The notes under the pieces: model-generated
Databases searched by the model: none
Told to the model about the DNA's origin: nothing
Seen by the model: only the letters and a program-made list of their open reading frames with translations
DNA from: Candidatus Melainabacteria bacterium
GTDB taxonomy: Bacteria > Cyanobacteriota > Vampirovibrionia > Caenarcaniphilales > Caenarcanaceae
Direction: 5' to 3'
DNA length: 56,954 nucleotides
Assembly: GCA_005110395.1 (NCBI GenBank)
Contig: DUDU01000119.1
Coordinates: 1-56,954 of the forward strand
Shown: positions 50,177-56,954 of the stretch, piece by piece
How positions within the stretch are numbered: position 1 is the first letter of the stretch
Layout of the letters: every line of letters begins with the position of its first letter
Program-made: the position numbers and the translations under genes

Positions 50177-50980
50177 ATGAAGAAAGACTTTTCAAACAAG
50201 TTGTCCGAGCATTATTTGAAGCAAAAGAGAAAAGGAAAAACTTCTCACAAAGCTGAAAATCAATTCCCAATTCATAAGTTTAAAGCTCACAAATTCAACG
50301 CTCTATGTCATTTAACTTTGCAAAACAACCTGAATGTGAGTGAAGAAAGAAATTCAAATCATTTGCCTTTAGATTTGCTCATTCTTCTTATTCTCAATCA
50401 ATCAACTACCGATACTCTTTCAGACAGGGCTTTTCAACAACTAAAAAAAGATTATCCCGATAATAAACAAGTTAATTACGAAAAAATTCTTCGTGAAAAC
50501 AATCCCGCTAAACTAGTGAAATCAATTCAAATTTGTGGTTTAGCTTCAACCAAAGCTAAATATATTCTCAATGCTTTGCTATATCTTGCTGAAAGAGGCT
50601 GGCTAGATCTTGAAATGAGATTTGTCAATCAAATGTCTGATGATGAAGCCCTGAAAGCCATAACTGCGATTAAAGGTGTTGCCATCAAATCAGCTTCATG
50701 TTTACTAATGTTTGGTTTTGGTAGAAATACTTTTCCGATTGACACTCATTTATTCAGGATTTTCAAAAAAGTTGGCGGAATTCTTCCTCTAAAAACTGAT
50801 TCAGACCGAGCCCATAAATTGATTCAACCATTAGTTGAGGACATAGATGCTTTCACAATTCATGTTGGTTTAATTGAATTAGGCAGAAAGGTTTGTAATT
50901 CGCGCAAGCCACTATGTAATCAATGTTATTTAAACAAAATCTGTGATTATGCATTAGAAACTGTTGAAGAGATTTGCTAG
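50177..50980 (+). CDS. nth: endonuclease III / HhH-GPD DNA glycosylase
   Basis: IL.QSTTD, HhH KGV..KSA, PIDTH, 4Fe-4S motif C-X6-C-X2-C-X5-C. Confidence 0.8.
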   Translation: MKKDFSNKLSEHYLKQKRKGKTSHKAENQFPIHKFKAHKFNALCHLTLQNNLNVSEERNSNHLPLDLLILLILNQSTTDTLSDRAFQQLKKDYPDNKQVNYEKILRENNPAKLVKSIQICGLASTKAKYILNALLYLAERGWLDLEMRFVNQMSDDEALKAITAIKGVAIKSASCLLMFGFGRNTFPIDTHLFRIFKKVGGILPLKTDSDRAHKLIQPLVEDIDAFTIHVGLIELGRKVCNSRKPLCNQCYLNKICDYALETVEEIC

Positions 50981-51101
50981 AGATTAATTTATTGAGCTTA
51001 AATCATTGAATTTATTTTTCGAGCCTGACTTAGGCTTATGATTCTCGATATACTATATTCAAAATTAATAGAGTATTCACGATTAATAAAACTTTTTATC
51101 A

Positions 51102-51548
51102 ATGAAATCAAAAACAATTGACTCAGAAAATTTAATTTCTCAAGATTCTAAAGAAAAAAGACCTAACTTGAATAGCATTTATTCTGGTCTTTTTTCGGTT
51201 AAGTCAACACCCAAGTTTATTGCTAAAGAATCAGACCCAAGGGCTAATAAATTTGTTTTTGAATACACAATTGAAATACTTAATAAAGCCGAAACACCCG
51301 CGACCCTGACTGAAAGACGTTGGGTCATTATTGATGGAAATGGAAATCGTGAGGAAGTTGAAGGTCCCGGAGTTGTGGGTGAAACACCATTAATTCAGCC
51401 GGGAGAAAGTTTTAGTTATACAAGTTTTTGCCCACTTAGAACTCATTGGGGGACTATGGAAGGTTCGTATAAAATGCAAACTCAAGATGGCGAGTTTTTT
51501 GATATTGAAATACCAAGATTTTTCTTAGTTAGTAGTCAAAAAAGATAA
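51102..51548 (+). CDS. apaG: ApaG protein
   Basis: F.YTI.I.N, R.W.I.D.NG..EEVEGPGVVGE.P.I.PGE.F.YTS, GTMEG.Y. Confidence 0.95.
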   Translation: MKSKTIDSENLISQDSKEKRPNLNSIYSGLFSVKSTPKFIAKESDPRANKFVFEYTIEILNKAETPATLTERRWVIIDGNGNREEVEGPGVVGETPLIQPGESFSYTSFCPLRTHWGTMEGSYKMQTQDGEFFDIEIPRFFLVSSQKR

Positions 51549-51577
51549 TTCTTCTAAAAGCAGCTTTCAAATTTACA

Positions 51578-51732
51578 ACTCAAGTTACGTAGAATATTAT
51601 CCCGCTGCTTGAGATAGTTCCTGATATAAGACCAGAATGACAATAGCAATTTTTCTTCGTCATTTCGCCCTGGATTTATTTCAGGATTGATTCGGAAACT
51701 AAATAAAATCATGAGGCTTGCGTAACGTGAAT
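51578..51732. mobile_element. MITE-like element carrying REP-like hairpins, copy 1
   Basis: Imperfect TIRs ACTCAAGTTACGTAG / TTGCGTAACGTGAAT, flanked by 5-bp direct repeat TTACA (51573-77, 51733-37); interior aligns with 56612-56750. Confidence 0.65.
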
Positions 51733-51739
51733 TTACAAC

Positions 51740-52327
51740 TCAGAGAGATTTTCCTGCGTTTCTGATTTCTGAGAGCACCAAATATGGAAAGACTATGAGC
51801 ATCAAAATTGCTGAGTCTATACTCATAATGTTGACTAGACGAGCATTCAGAAAATAGTGAAAATATGTTTTTGGATTGCCAGAGATGAAACCCCAAATGA
51901 GCAGACCCACAATTGAAGCTAAAAGTGAAAATCTTAAAATATAAAGAAATATTATTTTGTGATTATTAGGTTTATCGTCTTCTTTGTTGTTTACTCTTTC
52001 AACTAGTGCTAACCATGGAAGGAGCGAATAACCACCAAGAAAGAACGATCCAATCCAAAAAGGAAGCGGATCAATATTAAATTGTTTTCGGAACGGAATC
52101 AAGTAAGTGCCGAGAAATAGCGGAACTATACCAAGGACATTGAATACGCAAATTATGCTCAAATCAACCTTGCCATAATCAAACGTAAAAAGTCCATGTA
52201 ATAAATGCTGCTCTAATTCAGGGTCTCTATTTGGAGATGAGATTATGGTATGTCCAATAAAAATCAATAAAATTACAAAGAATATATAAAACCTGATTTT
52301 AGTAACTGGTGGGATAATCTGTTTCAC
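51740..52327 (-). CDS. hypothetical multi-pass membrane protein
   Basis: 195-aa ORF with about 5 hydrophobic segments; FN.LG, PFW..SF..G...LLP.L, MS.D patterns. Confidence 0.65.
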   Translation of the reverse strand: MKQIIPPVTKIRFYIFFVILLIFIGHTIISSPNRDPELEQHLLHGLFTFDYGKVDLSIICVFNVLGIVPLFLGTYLIPFRKQFNIDPLPFWIGSFFLGGYSLLPWLALVERVNNKEDDKPNNHKIIFLYILRFSLLASIVGLLIWGFISGNPKTYFHYFLNARLVNIMSIDSAILMLIVFPYLVLSEIRNAGKSL

Positions 52328-52408
52328 TTTAAACTTTTTAGAACATAAACTTATAAGTACAACTTTTTGCTTGATTTATTTTTATTTTAGTTCCTTTTCT
52401 ACCCTTCC

Positions 52409-53452
52409 ATGAATATTTTCAATAAATTATTAAAACAGTTTCAGACTGGCGAAGATTTAAATCAAGAAACAGCGGAAGAATTCATTACTTTTCTCAGTGA
52501 TTCAGAAAGTACCGAAGAAGAAATGGGCACTTTAACTTCTGCATGGAAAGCAAAAGGCGAAAAGTCAGATGAATTGGTTTTTATCTCTAAGCACCTACTC
52601 ACTTTACTTGAGTCAATTCAAAATCAAAGTAATATTCTCGATTGTTGCGGAACTGGAGGCGACAATTCAGGAAGCTTCAATATTTCCACAACTAGTTCAT
52701 TTATAGCAGCAGCTGCTGGAGTAAAAATAGCTAAACATGGCGGTCGCAAAACTACCAGCGCTAGTGGAAGTATAGATTTTCTTGAAGCCCTTCAAATCCC
52801 AACTCTCACAAATAGCCAAGAAATAAAGAAGAATCTTGATGAAAAAGGTTTGGTTTTTATTGCATCACCAGCAACTCAAAGAATACTGGGCAGGTGGAAA
52901 GCTGTATGCCGCAAGCTTGAATTTTATGGACAAACGGGATTAATTGGAACTCTTACCAATCCAGTAACTCTGACATATCAAATTATTGGAGTTCCAAAAT
53001 ATGAATGGGGCAGTCTTATGATTGAATCTCTGAGTAAGCTTGGCCGAAAAAAGGCAATTGTAGTTTTTGGTGAGCCAGGATTGGATGAGCTTAGTCTCTG
53101 TGGTACAAATCATTTATGGTTTCTTGAAAATGGAAAAATTAATGAAATCACTTTAAGCCAAGCTGAATTGTATTCTCACTTAGGAATTAATGAGAACTCT
53201 CACTTCACGCTAGAAGATATAAAAGGTGCTGATCCAGAAACTAATGCCAAAATTTTCCTTGAGGTATTAAATGGAAAAGCTTCAAATGCAATTCTTCAAA
53301 CTATTTATGCGAATACTGGACTAATTCTTTGGATTGCAGAAAAAACCAATTCACTGAAAGCTGGAATGGAAGAGGCCAAACGCTTAGTTCAATCTGGTAA
53401 AGCAAAAGAATTTTATGAACATTATCAAAAACAAGCCGACAATGGGACTTGA
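52409..53452 (+). CDS. trpD: anthranilate phosphoribosyltransferase
   Basis: D.CGTGGD...FNIST, AKHG.R, SGS.D.LEAL, L.NP, GLDE. Confidence 0.9.
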   Translation: MNIFNKLLKQFQTGEDLNQETAEEFITFLSDSESTEEEMGTLTSAWKAKGEKSDELVFISKHLLTLLESIQNQSNILDCCGTGGDNSGSFNISTTSSFIAAAAGVKIAKHGGRKTTSASGSIDFLEALQIPTLTNSQEIKKNLDEKGLVFIASPATQRILGRWKAVCRKLEFYGQTGLIGTLTNPVTLTYQIIGVPKYEWGSLMIESLSKLGRKKAIVVFGEPGLDELSLCGTNHLWFLENGKINEITLSQAELYSHLGINENSHFTLEDIKGADPETNAKIFLEVLNGKASNAILQTIYANTGLILWIAEKTNSLKAGMEEAKRLVQSGKAKEFYEHYQKQADNGT

Positions 53453-53505
53453 ACCCACGACCTACGCTTTACGAGAGCGTCGCTCTACCACTGAGCTACG
53501 TCGGC
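53434..53505 (-). tRNA. tRNA-Thr (CGT)
   Basis: GCCGACGTAGCTCAGTGGTAGAGCGACGCTCT-CGT-AAAGCGTAGGTCGTGGGTTCAAGTCCCATTGTCGGCT folds as a cloverleaf; CCA not encoded. Confidence 0.95.
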
Positions 53506-53624
53506 ATACTTTATGATTTAACAAGTAAGCATTTAGCTTTTTTCAGCCCAAAACTATGCAGATGCAAAATCTCAAATAGTCTAACATTAATCAATCAGAG
53601 CTCAGTAAGAATAAATAAAACCAT

Positions 53625-55157
53625 TTGAAAATGCTATTGGAATTAAATCTATTGTATAGAGATTTTGTAATTAGTGATTTTTCTCCTGCTGCTAATCACT
53701 TCCTGATTGCATGTTCTGGTGGAGCTGATTCAGTTTTTTTATTACATTCCGTTCACAAACTTCTTGCTGAGCATAATCTACAACAAAATATAATCTGTGC
53801 CCATTTTAATCATCGCTGGAGTTCTTCTTCAGAAAAGCCAGTACAAATAGTCAAAAATTTGTGTCGAGAATTAAACATAAAGTTTGTATGTGGCAAAGCC
53901 AAAAATTCTGGGCAAAACAGTGAGGCTGAAGCACGTGATGAGCGTTATGCTTTTTTAACTCAAGCTGCTATTAGTCATAAAGCCAACATAGTTCTTACGG
54001 CTCACCATTTAGATGACCAAATTGAAACATTTTTTCTGCGTTTACTAAGAGGCTCTGGCACAGAAGGTTTGACTTGCATGCAAAAAGCCCGAAATCTCGC
54101 TCCTGAGATCAAGCTCCTAAGACCACTTTTGGAAGTTGACAAAGCCCAACTGATCGCATATTGTCAATCAAACAAACTTTTTTATTATGAAGATCCAAGC
54201 AATGATCAGCTCGATATAAAACGTAATCAAATCAGAAAACAAATAATTCCGCTTATTGAAAGATTGCAACCAAGTTATAAAAATCAAATTTCTAATCTCA
54301 TTGAGATTCTTAATCAGGAGTCAGAATTCATTAAAGATTATGTAAACAATCTCAATAAATCAAATTTCACAAATACAAAAAGTTTCTTGAAGCAAGAAAT
54401 TGCAATACAAAGAGAAATACTAAAAGAACTTTTGATTTCTCATTCAATTCCTCCATCCTATGAATTAATTGAGAGATTGCGTAAATCAATTTTGGAATGT
54501 ATGACAGAGAATCAAGGAGCGCTGGAGAAATCAGTCTTGGCAAAGAAGAAAATTTCATTAAGTAAAGAATTTTTCTTTGAATGTAATAAAAAGCATTTTG
54601 GTATTTTTTCTAATGCTCAGATAAATAATTTGAATAAAAGCTTGCAAGCAAAGTTTGTATTTGATCCTTTCAAGTTCAATTTGAAAGCTTCTGATTTATC
54701 ACCTCAAATAATAAATATTCCTCAAATCGGTTTATTGCTTATTAGCAAAATTTCTTCTTCAATTGATTTAAGTGATATTTCAAAAGAAAGAAATTCCTAT
54801 TCTGTTTATGTAGATTTAAGTGATTTGGAAAAGAGTAAATTTGAAATTAGACAAAGAATGCCAGGTGATATTTTTCAGCCCATTAATTGCGGATATTCTG
54901 TGAAATTAAAAAGTTTTTTGATTAATAGAAAAATTTCAAGTTTAAAAAATAGAAATAATTTTGCAATTCAAAATGAAAGTGAACATTTAATCAATAAAGC
55001 GAATTCTTTGGAAAATACAAAATACAAAGAGCATATAATCGTCATGGCGGTTGAAAACTCATCAAATGTTTTATGGATACCTGGAGTTGAGCTTTCAGAC
55101 TTAATTAAAGTTAAAGATAAAGCAACTCATTTATTAGAGCTGCAATATAAAAGCTAA
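53625..55157 (+). CDS. tilS: tRNA(Ile)-lysidine synthase
   Basis: ACSGGADS, HFNH, EAR..RY, TAHH.DDQ.ET..LRL.RG.G..GL, RPLL, DPSN, RN.IR; C-terminal R..GD.F.P and LKSFL. Confidence 0.95.
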   Translation: MKMLLELNLLYRDFVISDFSPAANHFLIACSGGADSVFLLHSVHKLLAEHNLQQNIICAHFNHRWSSSSEKPVQIVKNLCRELNIKFVCGKAKNSGQNSEAEARDERYAFLTQAAISHKANIVLTAHHLDDQIETFFLRLLRGSGTEGLTCMQKARNLAPEIKLLRPLLEVDKAQLIAYCQSNKLFYYEDPSNDQLDIKRNQIRKQIIPLIERLQPSYKNQISNLIEILNQESEFIKDYVNNLNKSNFTNTKSFLKQEIAIQREILKELLISHSIPPSYELIERLRKSILECMTENQGALEKSVLAKKKISLSKEFFFECNKKHFGIFSNAQINNLNKSLQAKFVFDPFKFNLKASDLSPQIINIPQIGLLLISKISSSIDLSDISKERNSYSVYVDLSDLEKSKFEIRQRMPGDIFQPINCGYSVKLKSFLINRKISSLKNRNNFAIQNESEHLINKANSLENTKYKEHIIVMAVENSSNVLWIPGVELSDLIKVKDKATHLLELQYKS

Positions 55158-55192
55158 GATTATTAGATTGAATTATTGATTAAAAGCAAACT

Positions 55193-56533
55193 ATGAATAA
55201 TCTTTCATCAATAGAGTCAAATCAGCCAATCTGCTCCTTTTTACATCTTGGAGATATTCATCTTGGTTATCGCCAATATAAGCTGATGGAGAGGGAGAAA
55301 GATTTTTATCGGTCTTTGCGTGATATATGTCGAGTTGGTGCAATCGAGAAAAAAGTAGATTTTGTTTTAATTGCGGGCGATTTATTTAATGTACGTGCAA
55401 TTTCTCCGCAAACATATAATGAAGCTGTTTTTGTTTTTAGTGAACTCAAAAAGGCAGGTATTCCTGTTATTGCGATTGAGGGGAATCATGATTTCAAAGA
55501 AACGGGAAATTTCAGCAGCTTGCGTGGCTCATGGTTTGAAGCTTTAGCCCAGAATGAACTTATTTATTTCCTTTATCCAGAGTACAAAGACAGTGAAATT
55601 GCTCTGAAACCATTAATCTTCAATCAAAAGTTTCTTGGTGGGGGCTATTTGGATTTACCAATTGGATCAAAAACTATCAGAATAATTGGTTCAAAATGGC
55701 AAGGTTTTAATGCTGGTAAATCATTAGAAATGTTTGCAGAATCTATTAAGCAAATTCCTTCTCCACCGGCAGATTTTTCGGTATTTATGTTTCACGCTGG
55801 AGGAGAAGATTATTTACCTGTGAGCAGAGGCGGTGTAAGTAATGCTGATTTTCAATGTCTGAACGGAGTAGTTGATTATGTTGCCCTAGGTCATATTCAT
55901 GAGCATTATGTAATCAAGAATGAAGCAGGTCAAGATTTCATTTTCAATCCTGGCTCTACAGAGGCAAACTCAATGGCGGAAATTGATATTAAACGTGGAG
56001 GACTGCTTGTTTCCGTTAATTCTGAAAAGAAAATAAATTATGAATTATTGACTAATTACAAACAGCGAAAGTTTATTAAGCTTCCTGATTTCAAGGCTAA
56101 TAAATTTCCAACACAATTACATCTCAATGAATTTATTTTGGAGAGAACTAAATCGGAATTATTACTCGCTAATGAATTATTATCCAATCTAGAAGACAAT
56201 AAGCCAATTGTTCAAATTAATATTATTGGACAGGCTGATTTTGTCAGGTCTAATGAAGAACTCAACAATTTAAAACAATCAATTGAGGAGGTAGGTGCAT
56301 TATATTGTCAAGTCAAATGGGATTTAGAAACGCAAGTAATAGTTACTGATCAAAAAATAAATATTCAAGACTGTCGATATGAAATTGAAAGACAAATCTT
56401 GGAAGGTATTATTGGGAATGACTCATCAATTGATGCTTCTGAAGAATTTGCCGAATTGATGATTAGAACTAAGGATTCTATACTCAAAGGAGTAGAAGAT
56501 CGTGAATTGTTAGAAGCCTTGGAGCAGCATTAA
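55193..56533 (+). CDS. sbcD: SbcD/Mre11-family metallophosphoesterase DNA repair nuclease
   Basis: HLGDIHLG, IAGDLF, GNHD, DYVALGHIH, NPGSTE. Confidence 0.88.
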   Translation: MNNLSSIESNQPICSFLHLGDIHLGYRQYKLMEREKDFYRSLRDICRVGAIEKKVDFVLIAGDLFNVRAISPQTYNEAVFVFSELKKAGIPVIAIEGNHDFKETGNFSSLRGSWFEALAQNELIYFLYPEYKDSEIALKPLIFNQKFLGGGYLDLPIGSKTIRIIGSKWQGFNAGKSLEMFAESIKQIPSPPADFSVFMFHAGGEDYLPVSRGGVSNADFQCLNGVVDYVALGHIHEHYVIKNEAGQDFIFNPGSTEANSMAEIDIKRGGLLVSVNSEKKINYELLTNYKQRKFIKLPDFKANKFPTQLHLNEFILERTKSELLLANELLSNLEDNKPIVQINIIGQADFVRSNEELNNLKQSIEEVGALYCQVKWDLETQVIVTDQKINIQDCRYEIERQILEGIIGNDSSIDASEEFAELMIRTKDSILKGVEDRELLEALEQH

Positions 56534-56611
56534 AAGAATTCGAGAGAAGACCCCAATAAAAAAGACCCTAGGAAATTATTTATCCTAAGGCCAATTTTTG
56601 AAGAATTAATT

Positions 56612-56750
56612 ACACATGTTACACAAAATCACTTTCTGTTTGCTGGGATAGATCCTGAGACAAGCTCAGGATGACAAGATTCAATTTTCTTTGTCATTCC
56701 GAACTTGTTTCGGAAACTAAATAAAACTATGCGATTTGCGTAAGATGAGT
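56612..56750. mobile_element. MITE-like element carrying REP-like hairpins, copy 2
   Basis: TIRs ACACATGTTACACAAA / TTTGCGTAAGATGAGT flanked by 5-bp direct repeat TAATT (56607-11, 56751-55); internal GATCCTGAGACAAGCTCAGGATGAC and GTCATTCCGAACTTGTTTCGGAA. Confidence 0.65.
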
Positions 56751-56769
56751 TAATTGAGGATTTTCAATT

Positions 56770-56954
56770 CTATTTAGCAGCGCTGACAGCGGTTTCTACT
56801 GCTTTATCGAGATCATCAATAAATTCAATGCCAGTTCCCTTAAGCATATCGCGTGCTTTATCTTGATTATTACCAAGTAAACGAACTACCAATTTGTGAT
56901 TTGGGCATTTCTTTTTAAAGTCAATCAATGGAGCTGCAACTTGATCGCATTCAT
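56770..56954 (-). CDS. sucC: succinyl-CoA synthetase beta subunit-like protein, C-terminal fragment (runs off window)
   Basis: Manual translation ..ECDQVAAPLIDFKKKCPNHKLVVRLLGNNQDKARDMLKGTGIEFIDDLDKAVETAVSAAK*; CD..A and VVRL.G.N motifs. Confidence 0.65.
   Translation of the reverse strand, partial: ECDQVAAPLIDFKKKCPNHKLVVRLLGNNQDKARDMLKGTGIEFIDDLDKAVETAVSAAK

Overview
AT-rich chromosomal window, most likely from a non-photosynthetic relative of Cyanobacteria (Melainabacteria/Vampirovibrionia-like). That placement is an inference from cyanobacterial-type GuaB3, ClpX, NdhA/NuoH and PrfA sequences and from dispersed trp/ilv/ndh genes. Most of the window is scattered housekeeping genes (mnmA, guaB3, trpC, a sigma-70 factor, murD, serA, clpX, deoB, prfA, rpiB, thrB, accD, pepA, folD, lnt, ilvN, nuoH, nth, apaG, trpD, tilS, sbcD, partial sucC), plus tRNA-Thr(CGT) and a membrane glycosyltransferase cluster. 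The most unusual part is a defence-like accessory island around deoB (about 18.7-26.0 kb). Upstream of deoB are a DUF4926 pseudogene, an HNH nuclease and a DUF1778/GNAT toxin-antitoxin pair. Downstream is an integrase-less, integron-like tandem array of three foreign-looking genes (DUF1643, GIY-YIG nuclease, C5-methyltransferase::HpaII-type endonuclease fusion), each starting just after a GTTAG core. The first two cores sit in an approximately 230-bp unit (deoB 3' tail, intergenic DNA, attI-like site) present twice as diverged alleles. Other accessory signals are a lone ABC-ATPase/TOPRIM gene with an in-frame palindromic repeat insertion, a MITE-like repeat with 5-bp flanking duplications, and an IS200/IS256 graveyard around an orphan gene. 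All family calls come from motif recognition by eye; no database searches were run.
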